NCBI GenBank assembly: GCA_963787255.1
Contig: CAWBCJ010000001.1
Location: 32,001-96,000 of the forward strand
Direction: 5' to 3'
Origin: Methanobacteriota archaeon
Lineage (GTDB): Archaea; Methanobacteriota; Methanobacteria; Methanobacteriales; Methanobacteriaceae
Length of the DNA: 64,000 nt
A program made the translations under genes and the position numbers. Below the pieces are notes generated by a model. That model ran no database searches. It was not told the DNA's origin and saw nothing but the letters and a program-made list of their open reading frames with translations. Within the stretch, counting starts at the first letter, position 1. Each line of letters begins with the position of its first letter. Of this stretch, positions 10,549 through 21,369 are shown piece after piece.

Positions 10549-11004
10549 TTGAATGAAACCCAAAAAAGAATACCCAACAACATATTGCTGATAGAAGACA
10601 ATCCCGCCGATATAAGATTAATCAAAGAACTATTCAAAGATTATAAAACAGAAAATGAAATATACACCGTTAATGACGGCGTTAAAGCCCTAAAATTCCT
10701 ATATCAACATGGCCAGTATGAAGATACGCCCCGTCCAGATTTAATACTTCTTGATTTAGGTTTACCGCGTAAAGACGGTTTTGAAGTATTAAAAGAAATA
10801 AAAAACGACAAAAAACTAAAAAACATCCCTGTAATTATTGTAACTGTTTCTAATGACCCCGAAATTATTAATAATGCTTATAAACTCCAAGCTAATTGTG
10901 TAATTATTAAGCCATTAGATATTGATGACTTCAACAGATGCATTAAAAGTATGACTGATTTTTGGTTTAATATTGTTAAATTGCCCATTAGCATTCTTGT
11001 TTAA
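10549..11004 (+). CDS. Single-domain response regulator (Rcp1-like)
   Basis: LLIEDN, LILLDLGLP, IIKP. Confidence 0.9.
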   Translation: MNETQKRIPNNILLIEDNPADIRLIKELFKDYKTENEIYTVNDGVKALKFLYQHGQYEDTPRPDLILLDLGLPRKDGFEVLKEIKNDKKLKNIPVIIVTVSNDPEIINNAYKLQANCVIIKPLDIDDFNRCIKSMTDFWFNIVKLPISILV

Positions 11005-11036
11005 TAATAAAAATAATATATAAGGATTCTAAAAAA

Positions 11037-11471
11037 ATGGAAGAAAATCATAAAATCAATATTTTATTAATGGAAAATGAAGAACCTGATAAAAGCATTA
11101 TAAATTTATTAAAAAACTTTTCAAGTGAAAATCAGGTTAAATTATCCGTTTTTGATACTCCAGAAGAAACATTAGATCACTTAAAGCAAATCGTAGCATC
11201 TTCTGAATTTCAGGGACATAATATTCTGTTATTTTATTCAAAACCACCATTAAATGATGTTATGGATGTTATATGGGAAATTAAAGAAAGTCCAGATTTA
11301 AGGATTACTCCTGTATTTATTATAGCAGAATCATTAGAAGATGTAGATATTAATGAAGCTTATAAATGTCATTTAAATTGTTTTATTGCTAAACCTCAAG
11401 ATGTAGAAGGATTAATTCGGATTATAGATTCTTTTAAGGAGTTATGGCTTAAATATGTAAAATTACCCTGA
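11037..11471 (+). CDS. Degenerate receiver domain lacking the phosphoacceptor Asp
   Basis: Aligns with 10549 (IKESPDLRITPV, NCFIAKP) but has ILLFYS at the LLD position. Confidence 0.75.
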   Translation: MEENHKINILLMENEEPDKSIINLLKNFSSENQVKLSVFDTPEETLDHLKQIVASSEFQGHNILLFYSKPPLNDVMDVIWEIKESPDLRITPVFIIAESLEDVDINEAYKCHLNCFIAKPQDVEGLIRIIDSFKELWLKYVKLP

Positions 11472-11661
11472 AAAAAATTGTTAAAAAAAGATTCACCTCA
11501 AAAATATCATGTTAGGCTTAAAGAAGTGGATAAGGGGATTGGATATTGATTTTTCTGCTTTTTTTTGCACTGTTTTTTTTAAATTTTGTATTATAATTGT
11601 TTTTTGCGTGTTTTAACTATCATTTACATAAGATTTAAATACTAAAAAGGTAATAAAATAA

Positions 11662-11760
11662 GTATGACTAGTATTACAAATTGTGGTCTGTTTTATGTTC
11701 AGCCCAGGGAAACAAGATAACCCTGGGCACCCCCTCCGTTAAAACTATATTATTTTTGAT
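11662..11760 (+). ncRNA. Candidate sRNA A (ends approximate)
   Basis: TATA 11634-41, GTAATA-N16-TATTAC 11650-77, hairpin GCCCAGGG/CCCTGGGC 11702-28, then CCCCTCC; homologous to the 20.2-kb locus. Confidence 0.45.
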
Positions 11761-11856
11761 AAATAAGATAAAAACTAAACCACATTTTTTTTCTATTCAA
11801 TTTTTAACTTCCCATTTTTTTACTTAGAAAAAGTTGTATAATCCAATTTTATCATA

Positions 11857-11884
11857 GTATTATATTTTATATAATTTGTATTAC
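11857..11884. promoter_or_regulatory. GTATTA-N16-TATTAC operator-like palindrome spanning the TATA box of the Rieske gene
   Basis: Spacer contains TTTATATA. Confidence 0.5.
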
Positions 11885-11928
11885 AAATAGATAGTAATGA
11901 ATAAAAATAATAATATGGTGATTACTAT

Positions 11929-12276
11929 ATGAGTTTCGTGGAAATTGCAACAACAGATGAATTAATGGATGGTACTATGAAAATGGCTACAATTGAGGGG
12001 CGTGAAATCCTGTTAGCCCGAATTGGAGACAATTATTATAGCGCAGATAATCGCTGCCCCCATATGGGCGGTAACCTATCAATGGGCAAACTAAACGGAA
12101 CCGTAATAACATGCCCTCGACACCACAGCCAATTTGACCTAACCGATGGCCATGTAATCCGCTGGACAGACTGGACCGGACTAAAATTATCTATAGGTAA
12201 AGCATTAAAGTCACCTCGACCCCTTAAAACCCATGAAGTCAAAATAGAAGAAAATAAAATAATGGTCGACCTATAA
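11929..12276 (+). CDS. Rieske [2Fe-2S] ferredoxin
   Basis: CPH...CPRH motifs. Confidence 0.92.
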   Translation: MSFVEIATTDELMDGTMKMATIEGREILLARIGDNYYSADNRCPHMGGNLSMGKLNGTVITCPRHHSQFDLTDGHVIRWTDWTGLKLSIGKALKSPRPLKTHEVKIEENKIMVDL

Positions 12277-12452
12277 AAAAAAAAGTTTTAGGGATTAAGC
12301 TTCCAAAGTTTCATTTATATATTCCATATCTTATTTGCTTGGAATTAATTCGTAATGATGCAAGTAGTAAACTCATGAATAAATCCCGTTATTAAATATT
12401 ATATGAAAAAAATTAATTAAAAAGAACTTAAAAGTTGGAGGTTTAAAAAAAG

Positions 12453-12755
12453 ATGAAGAAAATAGCTATAATAGTGGCTTTAATGCTAGTTTTAGGAGTA
12501 GTATTCATATCAGGATGCACTACAACTCCAACAAATACTACCGGAAACAATAGTGGACAAAATAAAAGTTCAGGCGTACCGGGATACAGCACAGGACAAA
12601 TAATAAGCATTGGATCAGAAAACATTGTATCTGACTTGAATCAGGAAAATCCCATGATTCATAGGGATACTAATCATTTAAACTTATATTCCCACTTTTT
12701 TTTGAAAACTAATAAAAAGAGAATCAATTTCAAAAACAAATACCAAAAAAAATAA
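12453..12755 (+). CDS. Lipoprotein N-terminus, probably truncated
   Basis: GGAGG RBS, ISGC lipobox; the tail looks like read-through into intergenic DNA. Confidence 0.45.
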   Translation: MKKIAIIVALMLVLGVVFISGCTTTPTNTTGNNSGQNKSSGVPGYSTGQIISIGSENIVSDLNQENPMIHRDTNHLNLYSHFFLKTNKKRINFKNKYQKK

Positions 12756-12865
12756 TAGATAACCCAAATTAAAATTATAATCAACCCAATATAAGCATAT
12801 TATCCTATCAAAATGGTCTATTTAGAGCACTTAAAACTGGTAATAGTTAAGAGAATTAAATACAA

Positions 12866-14261
12866 TTATTTTTTGCGATAACGGTTTTTTGACATTTTTT
12901 CTAGATCAAAAAGATTGTCTGCCTCTTCCTTAGAAAGTATTCCTTTTAAAACAGCAATATCCTTTATTGGCTGATTTGTTTCCATCGCTTCTCTTGCAAG
13001 CTCTGCAGCACCTAAATAACCTATTCGGGGTGAAAGAAACGTTGCAAGAATTGGATTTATCCCCACAACCTTTCTTAACTGTTCCTCATTGACCTTAATA
13101 CCTTCAATGCAGCGAGACTGAAAAAGTGGAAGATAATTATTTAAAATAGATATTGATTCAAGTATATTAAATGTCATAATTGGAGTCATCACATTTAAAT
13201 CAAGCTGTCCAGCCTGGGCAGCAAGGGAAACAGTAGTATCATTCCCTATGATCTGGAATGAAATCATATTAAGACACTCGGCCATTACGGGATTAACTTT
13301 TCCGGGCATAATGGATGATCCTGGCTGGACTGGAGGGAGAATAATCTCATTTAAACCTGATGTGGGGCCTGATCCCATAAGACGAAGATCATTTGCTATC
13401 TTGATAAGTTCAAGTGCAAGTTCACGAAGAGATCCTGAAAATGCGGCCATTTGAGACCGGCTTTGTAATGCTTCTAGACTGTCACGTGCAGGAACAAGTT
13501 CAAGAGATGTTAATTCAGCAAGTTTTGGGATTACATTTTCCCTGTAAAATTTAGGAGAATTTATACCCGTTCCGGTTGCAGTTCCACCTATGGCTACCTC
13601 AAGAAGATCGTTTCTCCTTTCATGTATTCTTTTTGCGGCTCGTTTAATAGCACTACCATAGGCCAGGAATTCATCACCAATGGTAACCGGCACAGCATCC
13701 ATAAGATGAGTTCGCCCTGACTTAGGTGAATAAATATTTTCGCCTTTATTTTTAAATGCATGGGCAAGGTCTAAAATAACTTTTTGAAGGTGATCTGCTT
13801 TTAAAATGATGGCAATATGTGAAGCTGTGGGGAAAGTGTCATTGCTGGATTGTGATCTGTTAACATGGTCATTGGGGCTTAAATATTCATATTCTCCTCT
13901 TTTTTTTCCTAAAATTTCAAGTGCACGGTTTGCAAGCACTTCATTGATATTCATATTAAATGAAGTACCTGCTCCTGCTTGAAAAACATCAATGGGAAAT
14001 TGATCAGCGAACATTCCCTCAATGATCTCATTTGCGGCTTTTACGATTGCTCCTCCCCGTTTCTTTATCAATTATTCCAAGTTCCATATTAGTAAGTGCT
14101 GCTGCCTTTTTCACGAGCGCATATGCCCGTATAAGCTCGGAACGCTCCTTTATGCCGCTTACAGGGAAGTTTTCCATTGCCCGGAGTGTTTGAATACCAT
14201 AATATGAGTCATCTGGGATTTCTTTTTTACCTATCGAATCCATTTCCAAGCGCATCTTCAA
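12866..14261 (-). CDS. aspA: Aspartate ammonia-lyase (AspA/FumC superfamily); frameshift ~14060
   Basis: YYGIQTLRA, QAGAGTSFNMN (AspA-type rather than FumC QTGSGT), GSSIMPGKVNP. Confidence 0.8.
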
Positions 14262-14262
14262 T

Positions 14263-15034
14263 CATTTCCCCAACTTTTTTTTTTATCAGTCAATTTTTTT
14301 CGGGCTTTAGCAATTGCAGTTATGGGAGGAACACCTTTAGGACATACCTGAGCACAATTTCCGGAAGAACTCACATGACCACCATCCATCTGGCATATCG
14401 CCCAATTTCAGCCTTTCAGTTTCCCTTGCTTCCCGGGGATCAATAGAGAAACGATAAAGTTTAGCTAAAGCAGCAGGCCCTAGATAATCTGGATTTACGC
14501 TATCTACCGGACATGCACCAAAACAAGCCGCACAGAGAATGCAGTTAGTATATAATTCAAGTTCAGGTACAGCAGAAGGATCCATAAGCCTTTCCTTTTA
14601 AGGAGCAGGATCCCTTGGTCTAAAAACAGGGTCCACAGCCTGGTAATATTTGAAAAATTTGGTCATATCCACAATAAGATCCTTTATTACTGGAAGATGT
14701 GGAAGTGGCTCCACTAAAATCTCTTCTTCAGGATTCCAGGGTACCGTTATCTCTTCGATTGCAGAATAAGGAACAAGATTCATTTGTAGTTCTCCTTTAA
14801 GTAGAGATGCCACTTGTGTTCGGCAGGCAAGTCTTGGAACTTTGTTAATGAGCATTGCACAGGTACCACATACAGCACCCCTACAAGAATAATGGAAAGC
14901 TAAGGAATCATCAAATTTTTCTTGAAACTGAAATAAAGCACCCAATACAGTCAATCCCGGATTTAATTCAAGTTTAAAAGAATCATAACGAGGAGAATCA
15001 TTCCCTCATTGTATCTATAGACTTTTAGTTTCAT
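14263..15034 (-). CDS. sdhB: Succinate dehydrogenase/fumarate reductase Fe-S subunit (several frameshifts)
   Basis: SCRGAVCGTCAM..N..RLAC, PVIKDLIVD, CILCAACFGACP, YLGPA. Confidence 0.85.
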
Positions 15035-15035
15035 T

Positions 15036-16860
15036 TTAATAAACACGCTCCTGGGGTTGGAACATTCCCAATTTAACAGGACTAAAAGAAATATCAATAT
15101 CTCCATCCTGTAAATTGTAAATAGTATGTTTTAAGAAATGCTGATCATCACGCCCTGGATAATCGGTCCGTGTATGTGAACCTCGGCTTTCTTCTCTTTT
15201 AAGGGCGCCTCTAGCAACCACTTCAGCAAGTTGAACCATGTTTTCAAGTTCAAAAAATTGGAGGAGCGCCTGATTTACACGTCGCTCTTTATTACCTATA
15301 GAGATTTGCGAAATATTTTTCTTTATTTTTTTAATTTCTGAAAGTCCTTCATTCATCTTCTCTTTATCGCGAAATATGCCAAATTTATCGAACATCATCT
15401 GTGTCATTGCATCTCTCATGCTGAAGAGATGTTCTCCTTCTTTTCTTTCAAGTATCTGCCTGATTTTTACATTCAATCTCCTTGCATTGCAATTTTTATT
15501 GGTTCTAATTCGGGCCTTGGAACATTCTGTATATCTTCAATAATTTTATCGGCCACCATTCGTCCGAAGACCACCGTTTCTAGGAGTGAATTTCCACCAA
15601 GCCGATTTGCTCCATGAACACTAATACAAGAACATTCGCCAGCAGCATATAATCCTGTAAGTGATGTTAATCCATTAATATCTACATCTATTCCACCCAT
15701 AGAGTAATGTTGGCCTGGTTGAACCGGTATAGGATCCTGTATTATATCTACACCTGCAAAATCCATAGCAATCTGCCTTATTCCCGGCAACCGTTCCATA
15801 ATACGATCAGCACCTAGATGGCGAAGATCAAGATGAACATAACCACCCGGATAACCCCGGCCTTCTGCAATTTCTTGGATGATTGCACGTGCTACAACAT
15901 CCCTGGGAGCTAGATCCATAGAATTAGGAGCATAGCGTTCCATGAAACGTTCCTCGTTACAATTAACTAAAATTCCGCCTTCGCCTCTGGCTGCTTCACT
16001 TATCAGGATGTTAGTTCCGTAAAGTGTTGTAGGATGGAACTGGACAAATTCCATATCTTTAAGTGAGGCTCCTGCTTGAAGTGCGAGTGCCTGGCCATCA
16101 CCAGTATTAATTAACGCATTTGTGGACTTGCTAAAGAGTCTCCCAAACCCTCCCGTTGCCATTAAAACCGCCTTTGAAACAAACCCATGAATCTGTCCAG
16201 TCATGATTTCAATAGCAGTACATCCAATACAATGTCCATTGTCATTTACTAGTGATGTTACAAAAAATTCCTCATAAACCGGGATATTATTATCCTGTAC
16301 GTTTTCATAGAGTGTATGAAGCGCGTTGTGCCCAGTACGGTCCGCTGCGTAGCATGTTCTGGGAAATCCTGCACCTCCAAAGGGACGCTGCGCAATTTTC
16401 CCATTTTCTAGTCTTGACCAAACGGTTCCCATATGTTCCAATTCGAAGACCGATAGGGGAGCTTCACGACACATACATGCAACAGCATCTTGATCTGCTA
16501 GATAATCCGATCCCTTTACCGTATCATATGCATGCGCTTCCCAACTATCACTAGTGCCTTCTTCACCGGAACGTTTCCTAGAGAGGCATTCATACCGCCT
16601 TGAGCTGCAACAGAATGGGATCGCAATGGATGAACTTTGGTAACTACCGCTCCATTTAGACCGGCATTTGAAACTTGCAAAGCAGCTCGAAGTCCAGTTA
16701 AACCTCCTCCAATTATAATTACATCATGATAATGAATCAATGATAAAACAGGGTCATCCGGAGTTGAAGATGTGATTTTGGTTTCTTTTAATGATGGATC
16801 TTCTGATTTTTTTAATTTAGAAGAAGATGCTAATTTACTTTTTAAAAGTGCCATTTCCAC
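15036..16860 (-). CDS. sdhA: Succinate dehydrogenase/fumarate reductase flavoprotein (frameshifts ~16540 and ~15475)
   Basis: [18 protein letters not shown] (covalent FAD His), [30 protein letters not shown]. Confidence 0.9.
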
Positions 16861-17008
16861 TTAATCACCTAATTATATTATTTATTATTTAAAAAATATT
16901 AATTTATTGAATTTTTTTATCATTTAAATTTAAATTATCGTACGATCATAATATATAGTAAGAACAGATGCAATCTTATTAAAAATTATAAATCCTGGAG
17001 GCATTACT

Positions 17009-18763
17009 ATGGCCAAGTACCGATGCACAGTTATGTAACTATGTTTATGATGAAGAAAAAATGGGCACAAAATTCGATGAACTACCAGATAACTGGAGAT
17101 GCCCAGTCTGCAATTCTCCAAAAAGCGTATTCATAAAACTAGATACAGAAGAATTCATACCTGCAGAAAGTACAGTTTCAGACATTATGATCGAACAAAT
17201 GGCCGAATGGGGCGTTAAATACGTTTTCGGAATCCCCGGCACATCCACACTAGGCGTAATCGATGCTATTAGAAAAAATGAAAAAATAAAGTATATACAA
17301 GTAAGAAATGAACAAACAGCAGCATTTATGGCATCAGCCTACGGCAAACTCACCGGACACGTAGCCGCATGCCTAACCGTAGCAGGACCCGGAGCAACAA
17401 ACCTCACCACAGGACTATACGATGCTAAACTTAGATCACGCACCCGTACTAGCATTAACAGGCCAAGTAGAAAGACATAGAATTGGTACAGGCGCCACTC
17501 AAGAAATCGACCAGCATTCCTTCTTTGAACCCATATGCGTCTATAACAAAACAATTATGTCTAAAGAACAGTCCACAATTCTAATTACTAAAGGCATTAA
17601 ACATGCCCTAATGGAAAGAGGAGTAGCCCGCATAGGAATACCCAACGACATACAAAAATTACCCTATAAAACTAAAATTAAGGCTTTTGAAGGTAATCTT
17701 GCCAACCTAGCCGTATTACAATCCCGAACATACCTCATAAATGCAGTGCAAGTAATCGATAACTCTAAAAGACCGGTAATAATAGCAGGATTTGGAGGTA
17801 TAAGGCAAGGAGACAACATAATTGAGTTTGCAGAGAAAATAACCGCACCCATTGTCACAACATTCAGGGGAAAGGGAGTAGTAGATGAAGATCATCCCCT
17901 CTACATGGGAAGTCATGGAGCTATAGGATCTACAGACTGCCTCCGAACTTGTGCAAAAATCAGACCTCTTAATAGTTATAGGTTCCTCATTTTCAGACCA
18001 AACAATGATTCCCAAAAAAAAGATAATACAAATAGATATTGATCCAATAATGATCGCTAAAAATTATCCCGTTGAAGTAGGACTACTAGGAAACAGTGCA
18101 GAAATCATTCAAGAACTATTAAGCCTGGTAAAAGAGCGTAAAGACAATAATTACCGCGAAGAAATGAAAAAATTAAAACAAGAATGGATAAAATTACTAG
18201 AAGAAGAAATAGACGCCGACAAAACGCCAATAAGGCCCCAATACATTATTAAAACACTTAATCAACGTTTGGATGATGATGCCATAATCGCTTTGGATGT
18301 AGGAGAAAATGCATGGTGGTTTGGCCGTAACTTCTGGATGACCAAAAAACAGGAAGTGTTATTGTCTGGTTATCTGGGATCTATGGGATTTGGTCTTCCC
18401 GCTGCAATGGCAGCACAACTTACATATCCAGATCGCCAGGTAGCATGTATAACTGGAGATGGTGGTTTTGTAATGGTTATGGGAGATTTTTTAACGGCTG
18501 TAAAATATGAACTTCCTATAAAAATATTTTTACTAAATAATAAGCAACTAGGAATGATCATGCAAGAACAAAAAGTTGAAAACTACCCTAATTGGCAGAC
18601 AGAACTCCATAACTGTGAATTTTCAAAATATGCAGAAAACTGCGGCGGTGTCGGAATAAAAGTTGAAAAAGCAGAAGAATTAGAAGAAGCAGTCGATGAA
18701 GCACTTAAACTAAAAAAACCAGTTATAGTAGATATTAATACTGATCCCCAGAGATTTTTATAA
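17009..18763 (+). CDS. Rubredoxin-fused thiamine-diphosphate enzyme, pyruvate oxidase-like (three frameshifts)
   Basis: [17 protein letters not shown]; [35 protein letters not shown]. Confidence 0.85.
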
Positions 18764-18809
18764 AAAAAGAAATCTAAATCATTTTTTGTGGGATAAAGGA
18801 GTGATTATA

Positions 18810-19109
18810 ATGATGGATAAATTCGAGGAAAAACTTAATGAACTGGCACAAATGAGTGAAGAAGATAAGAATAGATCTCTAGAAGAAATTAAAGGAGATT
18901 GTGTATGTCCAATTTGCCCAACTTACAATGAATGTGCAGAAAAAGCCGATGAACTAATATTCTGTATAATGGGAAAAAGTAAAAATTGTATTAGTGAAGA
19001 AAGAAGTTGTATGTGTCCTAGTTGCCCCTTTGGACAAAAGCATGGAATTGGAGTTAAATATAATTTCTATTGCATACGTGATTCAGAAATGGAACAACGA
19101 AAAAAATAA
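18810..19109 (+). CDS. DUF2769-type Cys-rich protein
   Basis: CVCPICPTY..C...C..G...C...CMCPSC...YC. Confidence 0.8.
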   Translation: MMDKFEEKLNELAQMSEEDKNRSLEEIKGDCVCPICPTYNECAEKADELIFCIMGKSKNCISEERSCMCPSCPFGQKHGIGVKYNFYCIRDSEMEQRKK

Positions 19110-19279
19110 TATGACTTAAATAGCCAATACTAAATTCTTCTATTTGAGCTGATTAGATAAATTAACTAGTCAGCTCTTAAACTAATTATAAAATAGTATT
19201 ATTTAGCTTACTGTTAAACAATCCAAAGTATAATTAAAATGCAATTTAAGTATTAATAATGTCTGTTACTTCCCACTTT

Positions 19280-19543
19280 TTATTCTAATATGTTTTCTTC
19301 TTGAAATTTTCCATTTAGTTTTTTTCCTGCTTCATATTTTGCTCTTTTTAATCCTTTTTGTAATTCAAGACTTGCATTTAGATGATCTGCCATTAATTCC
19401 CTTGCTAATTCTTCATTATTAAGTTCTTCATCTGTAGTATATCCAATAATAGCTAATAATGATTCTTGCCAATCGTTATATTCTTTTGTATCTTCAAACT
19501 CTGTTGTTATGTTATCATTACTCATAAATAATACACGCTCCAT
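19280..19543 (-). CDS. Hypothetical acidic helical protein
   Basis: Open frame with plausible composition. Confidence 0.6.
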   Translation of the reverse strand: MERVLFMSNDNITTEFEDTKEYNDWQESLLAIIGYTTDEELNNEELARELMADHLNASLELQKGLKRAKYEAGKKLNGKFQEENILE

Positions 19544-19652
19544 ACATTATATTCTAAAAAAATACTTTTCTTATTCATTCCTTAAACCTTTATCCACTAA
19601 CCTGCAAATAGATAAATAACATTACTCCCCGTAATAGAGCCATTCTCACCAT

Positions 19653-20066
19653 TCATAGTCCTATCAGGCATTGTATTTCTTCTTTTTCTACAGATATTTC
19701 ATTAACTCTCTTTGGAGTTTTCTCTGGAATTCTGTTATTGAATGAGCTTAAGCGTGTTTGTACATCAAATTTAATAAGGAGGTCCATGTCTTCTTGTATG
19801 AGTTTTATCCAGTCTTCTATGTGTTCTAAATCCATTGTGGGGTTGGGGGTTGAGCTTGGATTTAGAGAATCCTCTATTATATGTTTAACAACATTTAGGC
19901 TTTGGAAGGTTTCGTTATAGAATTTATCAAATTCTTTGAAGGGGAAGATGATTAGATCTTCATTTTTTTGGAATACTCCGGGATTGTAGAAGACTGTTTC
20001 ATTATCCTGGTATTTTATGACACTTAATCTCATACTAATTTGGACCTCCTTATTAGGTGATGTCAA
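19653..20066 (-). CDS. Hypothetical protein
   Basis: ORF; GGAGG precedes the internal ATG at ~20033. Confidence 0.55.
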   Translation of the reverse strand: MTSPNKEVQISMRLSVIKYQDNETVFYNPGVFQKNEDLIIFPFKEFDKFYNETFQSLNVVKHIIEDSLNPSSTPNPTMDLEHIEDWIKLIQEDMDLLIKFDVQTRLSSFNNRIPEKTPKRVNEISVEKEEIQCLIGL

Positions 20067-20181
20067 TCCATTATATTGAAACTAATTATTGGTAGTGGTT
20101 GTGGTAGAGAGCGTGTGAAATCTAATACTATTTCATGAAGTGTTATAAGAAGATATAAATACTTTAAAAGTAATAAATTAA

Positions 20182-20250
20182 CTAGAATGAGTGTTACAAT
20201 TCCATAGTATTTGTCCATGGGAAAGGATCTCTTGGACGCCTCCTTTTTAC
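20182..20250 (+). ncRNA. Candidate sRNA B (ends approximate)
   Basis: TATA 20153-61, GTAATA-N16-TGTTAC 20170-97, hairpin GTCCA/TGGAC 20213-37, then GCCTCC and a T-run. Confidence 0.45.
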
Positions 20251-20458
20251 AATATTTTTTGCCAATTCCCTAAAAGGTAATCTATAAAATGAATTATTCT
20301 CCTTATTTTGGCATGTTAATTTGCTAGTTACAACTGTTTTAGCCCCAGAAAGCCTGTAATAATATAAGACAGATATTATGAATGTAAATTAACCTTAAAA
20401 TAGTACTAAAATTATATTACTTATTACTAATAAATTATATAATAATTAGGTGTTTTAA

Positions 20459-20689
20459 ATGGATAAAAAAAATGTACCAGATACAAAAGAAAACGCCAGT
20501 AAATGCCTCTGTCCAAGCTGTCCCACATATAATGAATGCATGGATAATAATAACGAGCATCTCTACTGTTCCCGTGGAAATACTGAATGTAAATTCGATT
20601 TGATACATTGTCTTTGCGGAGAATGTCCCGTATGGAAAGAATACGGAATAAAAAGCTTTTACTACTGCAAAAGTCCATTTAAACTATAA
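20459..20689 (+). CDS. DUF2769-type Cys-rich protein
   Basis: CLCPSCPTY..C..YCSRG..C..CLCGECPV..YYC. Confidence 0.85.
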   Translation: MDKKNVPDTKENASKCLCPSCPTYNECMDNNNEHLYCSRGNTECKFDLIHCLCGECPVWKEYGIKSFYYCKSPFKL

Positions 20690-20745
20690 AAATATTGAAT
20701 TTTAGAGTTAAATATCGATTTAAAATAAATAAAGGTGGATTAATA

Positions 20746-20976
20746 ATGAATGAAATAGTTCCAAATATAGATAAAAATGCAGAAAGATGTCTTTGCCCCG
20801 AATGTCCAACTCATAATGAATGCATGAAGAGCAATAAAGAGAAATTTTTCTGTTCTCGTGGAAATACTGAATGCGATATTGAAAAGCATGGATGTTTGTG
20901 TGGTAGTTGTCCAGTGTGGGCTGAATATGGACTGGATGATTGGTACTATTGTGAAATAGGACCTGCCCAAAAATAA
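20746..20976 (+). CDS. DUF2769-type Cys-rich protein
   Basis: GGTGG RBS; same Cys pattern. Confidence 0.85.
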   Translation: MNEIVPNIDKNAERCLCPECPTHNECMKSNKEKFFCSRGNTECDIEKHGCLCGSCPVWAEYGLDDWYYCEIGPAQK

Positions 20977-21017
20977 AAACATTATATTATTATAAAATTT
21001 TTTTGGGGATGATTAAA

Positions 21018-21281
21018 ATGAGCGAAAAAAAAGTTGTGCCAGATACAAAAGAAAATGCTGATAGATGCCGCTGTCCCCAGTGTCCGGTATATAATGAATG
21101 CATGAAGGACAATGAAGAGAAATTTTTCTGTTCTCGTGGAAGTTCCGGATGCAGTTTTGAAAAAAGGGGATGTTTGTGTCTGCATTGTCCCAATGAAATT
21201 GAGTATAGGCTGAATAGTTTTGTTTACTGTGAAAAAGGTGCTGCTACAGAAAAGAATGTTGCTACTAAAACTTTAAAATAA
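21018..21281 (+). CDS. DUF2769-type Cys-rich protein
   Basis: Same Cys pattern; VPDTKENA shared with the 20459 gene. Confidence 0.85.
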   Translation: MSEKKVVPDTKENADRCRCPQCPVYNECMKDNEEKFFCSRGSSGCSFEKRGCLCLHCPNEIEYRLNSFVYCEKGAATEKNVATKTLK

Positions 21282-21369
21282 ATATTTTTTTTTATTAATT
21301 TTTTCAAAATATATATTAACTTTTGTCTACATAAAAATAATAAAATATAAAAACTGGAGGTAATCTAAT

